A DNA stretch of 64,000 nt from a virus (taxonomy: Duplodnaviria > Caudoviricetes): the IMG/VR virus record IMGVR_UViG_3300013426_000019, positions 94,769-158,768 of that record; one strand, written 5' to 3'. The notes beneath the pieces are model-generated. The model made no database searches. It was not told the origin of the DNA and saw only the letters and a list, made by a program, of their open reading frames with translations. Shown here piece after piece: positions 10,360 through 19,594 of the stretch. How positions within the stretch are numbered: the stretch's first letter is position 1; each line of letters begins with the position of its first letter. The position numbers were made by a program, and so were the translations under genes.

Positions 10360-11859
10360 ATGAATATATATGAAACATCCCAAGCAACAATAAAAACTGT
10401 TGCACCAGAAGTATCAGCTATTATAGATCAAGAATTACAAGATCAACGCAACTATCTTAAAATGATAGCAAGTGAAAACTACTGCTCTGCTGCTGTTATG
10501 GCTGCTCAGAGTTCAATCCTAACAGATATATACTCAGAAGGCTATCCTGAACATAGATATTATGCAGGCTGTGAGAACATAGATAAACTAGAGGAATTAG
10601 GTCAGCAATATGCCTGTGAGTTGTTTGGAGCTGAACATGCATATCTACAGCCCTCAACAGGCAGTGATTGCAACTTAGCAGCTTATTGGGCAATCTTAAA
10701 GGCCAAAATTATTGATCCTATGTTTAAATACATACAGGAACAATACAGCCCGTTCTCTTACTCAGCTCAAGGAATTAAGTACGAAGAAAATGAGGCTCCA
10801 CGAACCTTAAGTGACTTAACAAAATCTCAGTGGGATACAATAAGGCGTGCATGTCATAGTCAAAAACTTCTGGCAATGGATTATAGTTGTGGGGGACACC
10901 TAACACATGGTTATAGGCAGAATATATCAGCACAGATGTTTGACGTATATCAATACGGAGTAACAACAGATAGAGAAAGCCCTAACTATGGTCTAATAGA
11001 TTATGAGGCCTTAGAAGCAGAGGCGATGAGAATCAAACCTCTAATCCTCTTAGCAGGTTACTCAGCCTATCCCCGCAAGCTCAACTTCAAGAAGTTTAGG
11101 GACATAGCAGATAAGTGTGGGGCCGTCTTAATGGTAGATATGAGTCACTTTGCAGGGCTAGTAGCTGGTAAGGTGTATGAAGGAGAATATAATCCTGTAC
11201 CTTATGCTGACATAGTAACTACAACAACCCATAAAACCTTCAGGGGTCCTAGAGGGGCCATGATACTATGCAAGAGATGGCTAGCTGAATATGTAGACAG
11301 TTCATGTCCAACCTGTATGGGAGGACAACTACCACAAATACTTGCAGCTAAAGTAGTAGCGCTTAAGGAGGCCATGTCAGAAGATTACAAAGACTATGCC
11401 AAACAAATAATCCTGAACTCCAAAGCACTAGCCAAATCACTTATAAATAATGGCATTAAAGTATGTACAGGAGGCTCTGATAATCATATAGTACTTATAG
11501 ATGTAAGCCCTCTGAACTTAAATGGTAGGCAAGCTGAAAATATCTTAAGAGAGTGTCACATAACAGTTAATCGTAATGCTCTACCCAATGATCCTAATGG
11601 CCCTTGGTATACTAGTGGTATTAGATTAGGTACGGCTGCTCTGACAACCTTAGGGATGAAAGAAGCTCAAATGATGGAGATAGGAGAGTACATAGCTAAT
11701 ATCTTAAAAAATGCTCAACCTTATACTATGAAAAGTGGAAATAAAAGTAAAGTAAAGGTTATATTAAATATAGATACAAAGGAAGATATAACAAGTAAGG
11801 TTGTGGAACTTATAAGAGAGTATCCTGCCTATAAGGAGCTAAGTAGCTATGAGCAATGA
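10360..11859 (+). CDS. glyA: serine hydroxymethyltransferase
   Basis: IASEN, YSEGYP..RYYAG, GGHLTHG, DMSHFAGL, TTTTHKTFRGPRG (PLP lysine), SGIRLGT. Confidence 0.95.
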   Translation: MNIYETSQATIKTVAPEVSAIIDQELQDQRNYLKMIASENYCSAAVMAAQSSILTDIYSEGYPEHRYYAGCENIDKLEELGQQYACELFGAEHAYLQPSTGSDCNLAAYWAILKAKIIDPMFKYIQEQYSPFSYSAQGIKYEENEAPRTLSDLTKSQWDTIRRACHSQKLLAMDYSCGGHLTHGYRQNISAQMFDVYQYGVTTDRESPNYGLIDYEALEAEAMRIKPLILLAGYSAYPRKLNFKKFRDIADKCGAVLMVDMSHFAGLVAGKVYEGEYNPVPYADIVTTTTHKTFRGPRGAMILCKRWLAEYVDSSCPTCMGGQLPQILAAKVVALKEAMSEDYKDYAKQIILNSKALAKSLINNGIKVCTGGSDNHIVLIDVSPLNLNGRQAENILRECHITVNRNALPNDPNGPWYTSGIRLGTAALTTLGMKEAQMMEIGEYIANILKNAQPYTMKSGNKSKVKVILNIDTKEDITSKVVELIREYPAYKELSSYEQ

Positions 11860-12220
11860 GAATATCTTAGGCATTACCTTAAGGAATGGTTATGCACTAT
11901 ACTACAATAATAACTTCGATAGGCTTAGGTCTGAGACTATTAAAGAAACCTTAATAGATGCTAAGTGGAAGTATAGTGAGGAAGATAACACAATAGTACT
12001 TAAAAAGAAAGATATAATCTTAGAGTTAAGCTCGACAGGTGTTAGGGCTTATATAGGTAAAATGTGGGAATCACATCGCAAGTATTGGAGAGTAGAAATC
12101 AACCTTACAAACTATGAAGATGTCGAGATAGATAAAGATAAGGGAACCTTAGAGTTCCTAGGTGAAAGTAGTGAAACACAAACAGGAAGATGCATTATAG
12201 CAATTATATATTACAAGTAG
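11849..12220 (+). CDS. hypothetical protein
   Basis: ORF overlapping the glyA stop, AAGGAG RBS. Confidence 0.65.
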   Translation: MSNENILGITLRNGYALYYNNNFDRLRSETIKETLIDAKWKYSEEDNTIVLKKKDIILELSSTGVRAYIGKMWESHRKYWRVEINLTNYEDVEIDKDKGTLEFLGESSETQTGRCIIAIIYYK

Positions 12221-12244
12221 AGTGTGTTGTACTAAATAAACAGT

Positions 12245-12319
12245 GAGAGGGTCATCCAAATAGGATAGGAGCTCCTACTATGTGAGTAGAGAATGTGGGT
12301 TCAAACCCCGCCCCCCTTA
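12245..12319 (+). ncRNA. tRNA-like RNA with degenerate anticodon arm (pseudo-tRNA or tRNA mimic)
   Basis: Acceptor GAGAGGG/CCCCCTT, D-loop with GG, canonical T-arm GTGGG-TTCAAAC-CCCGC; anticodon loop TATGTGA lacks U33; no CCA. Confidence 0.6.
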
Positions 12320-12341
12320 ATGCCTCCCATGTCAACGGCAA

Positions 12342-12443
12342 ATTGGGTATAGACAGCAAAAATTATTCTGGAAACTTAGACATAGACAAATCTAAGAGAA
12401 GATAGGCCCTAGTTGGTCTATCAAACACAAAAACGTACCCAGT
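12342..12443 (+). ncRNA. candidate three-way-junction structured RNA
   Basis: Closing stem ATTGGGTAT/GTACCCAGT, unpaired GACAGCAAA, hairpins CTTAGA/TCTAAG and GATAGGCC/GGTCTATC. Confidence 0.55.
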
Positions 12444-12450
12444 CTTATTT

Positions 12451-12475
12451 GAGAGTTAGGTTATCCCTAACTCTC
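12451..12475 (+). terminator. hairpin terminator closing the ncRNA unit
   Basis: 10-bp stem GAGAGTTAGG/CCTAACTCTC followed by TTCTTGTTT. Confidence 0.65.
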
Positions 12476-12531
12476 TTCTTGTTTAAGAATCCACCAAGTT
12501 CTGGTTATATTATATATAAGGAGCCAACACA

Positions 12532-14061
12532 ATGTCTAAACTAATAGAAGCAGCTTCAAATTATACAACTACTGAAAATGGTGCTAAAACATACAAATCT
12601 ACTACAGATAAAATACTAGACCTCTTCGCTATGGGGGGTGCTCTAAGGAATGCAGATAGTACAAGGATTGTAGAGATGGTAACAAAGGCCTACAAGAAGG
12701 ATCCTATTAAAACTCTACAAGTACTACTATACTTAAGAGATATTAGACAAGGACAAGGAGAGAAGAGGGTATATAGAGAAGCTCTTAAAGAGATCTTAAG
12801 GCCCTATATACCAACTAAAGGGGATATACCTCGCAAACACAGAGCCATACTTGAAAAAGTGTATAATACAACTATAGAGTTAGGCAGCTGGAAAGATATA
12901 ACAGATACCTTGCCTGTAAATGCCTATGCCTTCTATGTTAAGAAGCATATGAGAGATGAGAACTCCCTAATGTTCAAATGGTTACCCTCTATATCAGGTC
13001 CAAGAAATAGCAAAGCCGAAAGCTTAGCCAAGTACTTAGGAATGACTCCTAAACAATATAGAAAATGGCTATCCTCTAAGAGAGCCGAACTTAAGTTAGT
13101 AGAAACCTCTCTGTGCAAGAAAGAGTGGGATAAGATTGAATATGATAAGATACCATCACAAGCTAGTCTTAGGTACCGAGAAACCTTTGAGAGACATGAT
13201 GGGCGTAGGTACAAAGAATATCTGTGCAAGGTTAAAAATAACCTCAAAGAGGTTAAAATCAATACCTCTACACTATCACCCAGCCAGGTAGTTAAGGAGT
13301 GCCTAAATCTAAATTATGAGGACGAAGCCTTAGAGGTATTGTGGTCTAATCTACCCAACTATAAGAACAAGGATAATGCGTTGGTTATAGCAGATACTTC
13401 AGGATCCATGTATGATAATAGCCAGGGTCCTCTATCAATAGCGCTAAGCTTAGCCCTATACTTTGCGGAACATAATACAGGTATCTTCAAGGATGAGTTC
13501 ATCACGTTCTCAGAGTGGCCAGAGTTCTTGAAAGTAGATAGATCAAAATCACTATATGAAAGACTTACAATAGCTAAAGATGCTAATTGGGGTATGAATA
13601 CAAACTTCAAGGCTGTGTTCGATATGATCCTAAAAACAGCTATAGAATATAATATCCCAGAAGAAGAGATGCCTAAGACCCTATACTGTGTAAGTGATAT
13701 GGAGTTCGATGAAGCAACTATGGTAAAGGAGAGTACCAACTTTGAAGCTATCACCAAAGCATATACTAGAGTGGGGTATTGCATGCCTAAAATAGTGTTC
13801 TGGAATGTAAACTCACGTCAAAACAATGTCCCTGTTAAATACAATGATAAAGGTGTGGCACTAGTATCAGGGAGTTCGCCATCAGTGTTCAGCATGGTAG
13901 TGAGTGGTGACTTAGATCCTATTAAGTTCATGGAATCTGCTATCAATAAACCCCGCTACCTAAATCCTGCTATGGAAATAGTAGCCGAAATTAAAAAGGC
14001 TAAGCAACGCCCTAAGAGAAAGGCTAAAAAATTAAAGAGAACCCGGATTGACAGGAAGTAA
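12532..14061 (+). CDS. DUF2828/TROVE-like helical RNA-binding protein with vWA domain (Ro60-like architecture)
   Basis: TENGA..Y.ST...LDLF start, LRDIR.GQGEK, KWLPS, MIDAS ADTSGSM, TNF, SDMEFD, FWNVN. Confidence 0.82.
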   Translation: MSKLIEAASNYTTTENGAKTYKSTTDKILDLFAMGGALRNADSTRIVEMVTKAYKKDPIKTLQVLLYLRDIRQGQGEKRVYREALKEILRPYIPTKGDIPRKHRAILEKVYNTTIELGSWKDITDTLPVNAYAFYVKKHMRDENSLMFKWLPSISGPRNSKAESLAKYLGMTPKQYRKWLSSKRAELKLVETSLCKKEWDKIEYDKIPSQASLRYRETFERHDGRRYKEYLCKVKNNLKEVKINTSTLSPSQVVKECLNLNYEDEALEVLWSNLPNYKNKDNALVIADTSGSMYDNSQGPLSIALSLALYFAEHNTGIFKDEFITFSEWPEFLKVDRSKSLYERLTIAKDANWGMNTNFKAVFDMILKTAIEYNIPEEEMPKTLYCVSDMEFDEATMVKESTNFEAITKAYTRVGYCMPKIVFWNVNSRQNNVPVKYNDKGVALVSGSSPSVFSMVVSGDLDPIKFMESAINKPRYLNPAMEIVAEIKKAKQRPKRKAKKLKRTRIDRK

Positions 14062-14120
14062 CAAATCAGTTATATTATATATGTAAATAAAGAAAACACA
14101 ACACACAGGAGAAACCTAAT

Positions 14121-14522
14121 ATGGAAGCTAAGAAAATTAGAACAGTTGAAAGTAGAATTATGGAACTTGAAGCAAATAGTGATGCTGATGCAGAACTCCT
14201 CAGCAGTGCGCTTGCTAGTATATATGAATTAACAGCTAAGGTAAATAAGCTAGAAGAAAAGGTAGCTAAGTTAGAAAAGGAAAATGAAAATCTCAATACA
14301 TATGTAGAACAGGATATTGACACCAGACTTGAAGATGTTGAGTATGTTCTAGGAATGTATGAGGACCTCGAAGATCTTAATGAAGAAGATGAAGATTGTG
14401 GTGAAGGAGACTTTGGAGAAGAAGAAGCAGAAGATGAACACCATAAATCTGTAGCATCAATCTTAGGCGCATGCGAAGATGTTATTAAGAGTGTCAAGGA
14501 GTATCTTAAGGAGGATAAATGA
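14121..14522 (+). CDS. acidic coiled-coil hypothetical protein
   Basis: ORF with AGGAG RBS; heptad pattern, D/E-rich. Confidence 0.65.
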   Translation: MEAKKIRTVESRIMELEANSDADAELLSSALASIYELTAKVNKLEEKVAKLEKENENLNTYVEQDIDTRLEDVEYVLGMYEDLEDLNEEDEDCGEGDFGEEEAEDEHHKSVASILGACEDVIKSVKEYLKEDK

Positions 14523-15691
14523 AAATAAGAAGTGGCTTTGTGAGCAATAGTTCAAGTTCTAGCTTCATCTTAACTTATGATAAAAAAGGTGTAATAGACT
14601 CAGCCTCTAAGATTGTAGAGTATCTAAAGAATACAAAGGACAACTCTCGATTATACTTCAGAGGAAGAGAACTAAACGAAGGTGAAGATATCTTTGAGTT
14701 AGAAGACGAAGATGCTAGACTCATTAGATTATTCAGTGAACAGTTTGAAGATATAAATGAAGGAACGGAATCTAGAACGGATTACAGCTCTCCAGAGGAG
14801 TATACTGAGATAAATGTACCTAAGGTAAGACTATACACTAAAGCAGTCTTAAGTGCGGATCCTGCTGGCTTTGAATACTACAATTATGGTAAATATAATA
14901 ATATTGTAGATATGTCTGACGTGGAACATCTAAAGCATGATATATCCTTAGCTGTACTAATAAATGGTCCAACTGACGAAGATAGGCAGAAAAATCCTCA
15001 TATCGATGAAGATATTAAGGAGCAGAAAGAGTATGAGAGAATCTTCGAGAAGAGAATCACAGAATATAGACAGCAAAGAGTTAAGAATGTTAAAAACGAA
15101 GACACTCTATATCTTGTAAAGAATGGTTCCAATGTTAATGATATTGTAAGTGAGTTTGTAGATATTGATAATGAAGCCTTAGGAGATTGCTCAGCATCTT
15201 GGGAAGACTTCTCAGAGAGATACTTAGAGGATCCTACAATAGATCCTGAAGACTATAATCCTGACTACTACAAAGCTGCTCATAAATATATCCTAAAGGG
15301 TGATAACTATAAACTTAATAAGAGCTATATAGTTGTATACGATGAACTCCTCGAAGATAAAAATAAGATAATGGAGTATCTTAAAGATAATCTAGATAAA
15401 GACAACTACTTGGTATGGACTAACCCTGCTCTTAATGTTAAAAAGGAAGTCGTTGAAACTATCCTATACAATGTAGGTGGGGAAGAATATGAAGTACTTG
15501 AAAAACTTAACTTCAAAAATTGTAAGAAAAAAGCATACTTATATACTAATGCGGTTATATTATATAATGTAGAAGGCACAATAAGTAAGACAGGATCCTA
15601 TATGTTAGGAGAAGGAAAAATTGCTTGTGTACCTAAAGGTGGGGACTTAAAAGACTTCAGGAAATACATGAAGGAAGAATCTACCTTGTAA
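14519..15691 (+). CDS. MKIRxGFVSNSSSSSF-motif protein (copy 1)
   Basis: N-terminus MKIRSGFVSNSSSSSFI, shared with the ORF at 32454. Confidence 0.75.
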   Translation: MKIRSGFVSNSSSSSFILTYDKKGVIDSASKIVEYLKNTKDNSRLYFRGRELNEGEDIFELEDEDARLIRLFSEQFEDINEGTESRTDYSSPEEYTEINVPKVRLYTKAVLSADPAGFEYYNYGKYNNIVDMSDVEHLKHDISLAVLINGPTDEDRQKNPHIDEDIKEQKEYERIFEKRITEYRQQRVKNVKNEDTLYLVKNGSNVNDIVSEFVDIDNEALGDCSASWEDFSERYLEDPTIDPEDYNPDYYKAAHKYILKGDNYKLNKSYIVVYDELLEDKNKIMEYLKDNLDKDNYLVWTNPALNVKKEVVETILYNVGGEEYEVLEKLNFKNCKKKAYLYTNAVILYNVEGTISKTGSYMLGEGKIACVPKGGDLKDFRKYMKEESTL

Positions 15692-15812
15692 CGTTAAAAA
15701 TATATGGTAATGTGTGAAGCCATATAAATCATCTCCTTAAAAAGTTTATAGTCCCCTCTTGATCTTAGGAGGGGATTATATTATAATATAGTAAAGGAGA
15801 GTAGGAAAAACT

Positions 15813-16907
15813 ATGAAGATTGTTGAATCTAAAAATACGAACTTGTATAAGTATGAAGTAGCAGAAGACTCTAACTACAAGATCTTTGAGAGTGATAAAG
15901 CCCACTACGTCTTCGATAAGAAGACGGGGGTAATGATGAGTTGGGGAGAGACTATGACAGACGATCCTCAGGAGTTCCCTGTACCTACTATCCTAGATTT
16001 AGAGGTATCTACTAAGTGTAATAAGCCAGTACCTTGTAAGTTCTGCTACAAGAGCAATACACATAATGGGGATATAATGTCTCTAGACACCTTCAAGAAG
16101 ATTATAGATACTATGAGTAGAGGCCTAACTCAAGTAGCACTAGGTTCGGGTTACTATGGTATAGAGAATCCTTATATCTTCGATATGATGGATTATGCTC
16201 GACTTAAAGGAATTATACCTAATATAACAGTTGGATGTGTTAGAGAAGACTTGGCTGACGACTATGCTAAAAGAGTAGGGGCAATTGCAATCAGTCGCTA
16301 CGAGGACTCTGTAAACGATTGCTATAACTCTGTTAAAAGAATGACAGATAGAGGAATAACACAAACCAACATACATTATATGATCTGTGAAGAAACCTAT
16401 AAGGGAGCTCTGCAAACATTAGAAGATGCCAAAACGGATCCTCGTCTTAAAAAGTTAAATGCAATAGTCTTCTTGTCTCTAAAAACTAAAGGAAGAGGCA
16501 ATAGAGGGTTCACACCTCTAAGTCAAGATAAGTTCGATAATCTAGTAAATAAGGCAAAGGAATATAATATTGGTATAGGCTTCGACTCTTGCTCATCACT
16601 TAAGGCGTTCAAGGCTTATAAAGGAGATGCAAGTGTATCTAAATTGATTGAACCTTGTGAGTCAGGAAGTATAAGCTCCTATATAAATGTAAAAGGGATA
16701 TATTATCCCTGCTCGTTCGCCGAAGGAACTAAAACAAATAATCTAAATTGGTCTGAAGGTATAGATGTACTGAGCTGTAAAGATACCAATGAGTTCTTGA
16801 CTAAGGTGTGGTATAATAAAAAAACCAAGGAGTTCAGGAAGGCCTTGCGGGAATCTAGAAAGTGCAATGAATATGATTGTAGAGAGTGTCCTCTCTATAA
16901 TGTGTAG
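15813..16907 (+). CDS. radical SAM protein with SPASM/twitch domain
   Basis: CNKPVPCKFC cluster motif (CX5CX2C), PCESG...YYPCSF, C-terminal C...CRECP. Confidence 0.85.
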   Translation: MKIVESKNTNLYKYEVAEDSNYKIFESDKAHYVFDKKTGVMMSWGETMTDDPQEFPVPTILDLEVSTKCNKPVPCKFCYKSNTHNGDIMSLDTFKKIIDTMSRGLTQVALGSGYYGIENPYIFDMMDYARLKGIIPNITVGCVREDLADDYAKRVGAIAISRYEDSVNDCYNSVKRMTDRGITQTNIHYMICEETYKGALQTLEDAKTDPRLKKLNAIVFLSLKTKGRGNRGFTPLSQDKFDNLVNKAKEYNIGIGFDSCSSLKAFKAYKGDASVSKLIEPCESGSISSYINVKGIYYPCSFAEGTKTNNLNWSEGIDVLSCKDTNEFLTKVWYNKKTKEFRKALRESRKCNEYDCRECPLYNV

Positions 16908-16978
16908 GGTATAGTTGGGATATTAAGAACAACTTATGGAAAAAACCGAACTATATATAATAATTAAAGAGGTGAGAT

Positions 16979-17203
16979 ATGAACTTCGAGTTAGTAATGG
17001 CTTGTATGTGGGTATTGACGGGGGCGTTAATAGGAGGCTTAGGAACTCATAGAATTAGAGCTAGTAAGAAAAAAGGAATCCTCTTGGATAAGAAGAAAGC
17101 TGATAACTATGAGGTTATGAAAGGTATAGGATTAAGCTTGTGCTTGTTGGCTATACTGTTCTGGTTGCCTATGAGCTGCGTAGTGAAGACACTACATAAA
17201 TAG
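16979..17203 (+). CDS. small two-TM membrane protein
   Basis: Two hydrophobic segments; GAGGTG RBS. Confidence 0.6.
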   Translation: MNFELVMACMWVLTGALIGGLGTHRIRASKKKGILLDKKKADNYEVMKGIGLSLCLLAILFWLPMSCVVKTLHK

Positions 17204-17350
17204 GAAAAAAACTAGCGAAAATTATCTCCGAAATATCTCTGTGCTGAAAATTAACTAAACCAGGTTAGGAGGAGGTACTTGAAAAAGTACCTTAAAATAA
17301 TCAGTCGACTTAGAGAAAAATATCAATATTAAAGTTATAATATATAATAT

Positions 17351-17426
17351 AGGGGCGAACCCAAGTCGGTAGCAAGGGACTGCCTTATAAGCAGTGTATA
17401 GGAGGGTCCAACTCCCTCGGCTCCTA
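17351..17426 (+). tRNA. tRNA-Ile(UAU), non-canonical
   Basis: Anticodon arm ACTGC-CTTATAA-GCAGT, T-arm GAGGG-TCCAACT-CCCTC, acceptor AGGGGCG/GGCTCCT with one mismatch; A8, C55, no CCA. Confidence 0.65.
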
Positions 17427-17516
17427 ATAATCTAAAAAAAGTGGTAACTGCTTTGGATTGGAAATCCTAGAATGTTCCCACTCCTTAAATTAAAGTAAAT
17501 AGGAGAAGTAAAGAAA

Positions 17517-18356
17517 ATGGCTTATGAGAAAGTAGGGAAGTTCCACCCTGACAAACTAGCCGATAGAATTGCTGGTGCAATCGTAGACTTAGCTTACACT
17601 AAGAATGACAATCCTAAGGTAGCCGTAGAGGCACTATTGGGTCATGGAGTATGTGATGTTATAGTAGAGACATCTGAAGTACTAAGCCATGAAGACATCA
17701 AAGCTATTGTACATAGAATAGCTGGTGATAGTGTTGATGTTATTGTTAGAACATATCCTCAAGATACTCACCTTGCAAATAATCAGAAAGGTGAAATTAG
17801 ATGTGGTGATAATGGGATCTTCAAAGGCATGCCACCTACAGAAGAAGAGAAAACCTTATCTAAGATAGCAAGAGAGATTAATGAAGAGTACCCTTATGAT
17901 GGTAAGTATATCCTGGATGAGAAGACTAAAAAGTTAATTATATGTCAGAGTAACATTAAGCCAGAAGACGAAGAAAAGCTTAAGGAAAAATACTCTGCCT
18001 GGGGATATGATGTGGTAGTTAATCCAATAGGGTCCTGGACAGGTGGTATCGATGTAGATGCAGGCGCGGTCAATAGAAAACTTGGCTCGGATATGGGAAG
18101 AGGGGTTACTGGAGGCGGTATTAATGGTAAAGATATCTCTAAAGCTGATGTCGCTTGTAATATATGGGCAGCTGTTAGAGCTATGGAGTACAATAAGCCT
18201 GTAGAACTATACTGTGCAATTGGTGATACTGAAGTTACAGGCAGAATAGGACATAAAAAAATTAGAGTGCCTTATAAAGAGATTGCCGACTTTGCAAAAA
18301 GCTACGTAGATGGCTTAGGTGGGTTTGAGGCTCTATCAGAATGGGGCTTGTTGTAA
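17517..18356 (+). CDS. metK: compact S-adenosylmethionine synthetase
   Basis: HPDKLADRI, GDNG, DGK, GG..VDAG..NRK, GGGINGKDISKAD; 279 aa, shorter than cellular MetK. Confidence 0.85.
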   Translation: MAYEKVGKFHPDKLADRIAGAIVDLAYTKNDNPKVAVEALLGHGVCDVIVETSEVLSHEDIKAIVHRIAGDSVDVIVRTYPQDTHLANNQKGEIRCGDNGIFKGMPPTEEEKTLSKIAREINEEYPYDGKYILDEKTKKLIICQSNIKPEDEEKLKEKYSAWGYDVVVNPIGSWTGGIDVDAGAVNRKLGSDMGRGVTGGGINGKDISKADVACNIWAAVRAMEYNKPVELYCAIGDTEVTGRIGHKKIRVPYKEIADFAKSYVDGLGGFEALSEWGLL

Positions 18357-18423
18357 TTCAGTGAAATAGTGGAGTCATCAAGAAGTTCGATGGGGAATTA
18401 AAGGAAATATAAGAAATGCAAAA

Positions 18424-18449
18424 AGAGGAGAGCGTAAAAACTCTCCTCT
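18424..18449 (+). terminator. hairpin after metK
   Basis: AGAGGAGAG/CTCTCCTCT; A-tract before, no U-tract after. Confidence 0.6.
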
Positions 18450-18466
18450 ATTATTCTAGAAAAGGA

Positions 18467-18568
18467 TTGATCTAATAGATAAAGTATGTTATGATTATAT
18501 TGTGAGGGAAAGGTAAGAAGAATAGGTGAAGAAAAGGACTAGACAAATCCTAAAGTAAGAATTATAAT
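18467..18568 (+). promoter_or_regulatory. tandem sigma70-type promoters
   Basis: TTGATC-17-TATGAT (18467..18495) and TAGACA-17-TATAAT (18540..18568). Confidence 0.6.
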
Positions 18569-18594
18569 ATATTATATAGGAGAAAGGCAAAGAC

Positions 18595-18948
18595 GTGGGA
18601 ACAACTATGACCATAAAAGACTTAAGAGATTGGCTTGATAAAAACAAAAACTTCGATGATGAAGAACTAGTAGTATATCTACCTGAAGGAGGCGACTACT
18701 CAACTGCCTCTATATCTAATGTAGGAATATCCCCGACAGGGAAACTAGCTCTAATAAGTGACGATGATTATATTATGGGATTTGGGTATCCAGAAGACAG
18801 TGAGGAATACAACGAGGAGTTCAACAGCTTCAGGGATTGTGTAGATGAGAATGCTGTGGACAGAGTAGAAGATTATGCCAATAAGGGTAAAGCTCTATGT
18901 GAGGAGTTAGTTAACCTATTATCTGCAATTCTAGATGAAGTAGAGTGA
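18595..18948 (+). CDS. hypothetical protein
   Basis: ORF with AGGAG RBS; MTIKDLRDWL-type small phage domain. Confidence 0.65.
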   Translation: MGTTMTIKDLRDWLDKNKNFDDEELVVYLPEGGDYSTASISNVGISPTGKLALISDDDYIMGFGYPEDSEEYNEEFNSFRDCVDENAVDRVEDYANKGKALCEELVNLLSAILDEVE

Positions 18949-18964
18949 AAGAGGAGAAGGAATT

Positions 18965-19594
18965 ATGTACGCAAATGAACTAGCTAACAAAAAAATAAGT
19001 ATGACGAGTTATGATACTAAGCAGCTTGACAACATAGCTACTAATGCATACCCTAATACAGTAGTAGACAATCGTTATAGCGATGCCTCCTATAATACAA
19101 CTGTAAATCCAAAATCAGGTAAGTTTGATATCTTCGGCAAAGATAAACATGAAGAAAATAAGACAGCTAAGTATGAGATGACTGTAAAGGACCTCCTAAA
19201 TATAATCAAGGCAATAGAGACAGGCAGGTTGGAAGGTGTCATAGAGTGTTGCGATAGAAGGAATTATGAAGAATTGGGTGAGGATGCTTGGTATCCAATA
19301 TCTAAAGCAACTCTACTAGAAAGTGACTTAACTAGAAACTACTACCGCATTAGAGAAGTAGGTAATGAGGATAAAGATAATCTAATGAATCACTACGAAC
19401 TAGCAAGATGGTTAGCAGCTAATAAAGGTGAATATAGAAATAATCATGGATTAACAGGTACAAGTTTAGACTACTTAGATGATGAGGAAACCAAAGTTGC
19501 TAAAGAATATAGAGTAAGACCTTGGGGGTCTAAATTGTGGATTAAACCTTATAAGACCTTATATACAGAAACCTTCGGAGATAAAGAAGTATGA
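18965..19594 (+). CDS. hypothetical protein
   Basis: ORF with GAGGAG RBS; ATGA overlap with the next gene. Confidence 0.65.
   Translation: MYANELANKKISMTSYDTKQLDNIATNAYPNTVVDNRYSDASYNTTVNPKSGKFDIFGKDKHEENKTAKYEMTVKDLLNIIKAIETGRLEGVIECCDRRNYEELGEDAWYPISKATLLESDLTRNYYRIREVGNEDKDNLMNHYELARWLAANKGEYRNNHGLTGTSLDYLDDEETKVAKEYRVRPWGSKLWIKPYKTLYTETFGDKEV

Noticed and set aside
12245-12319. Functional tRNA-Thr(UGU)
   Set aside because: A at position 33, bulged anticodon stem, acceptor mismatch and no CCA; kept as a tRNA-like ncRNA instead
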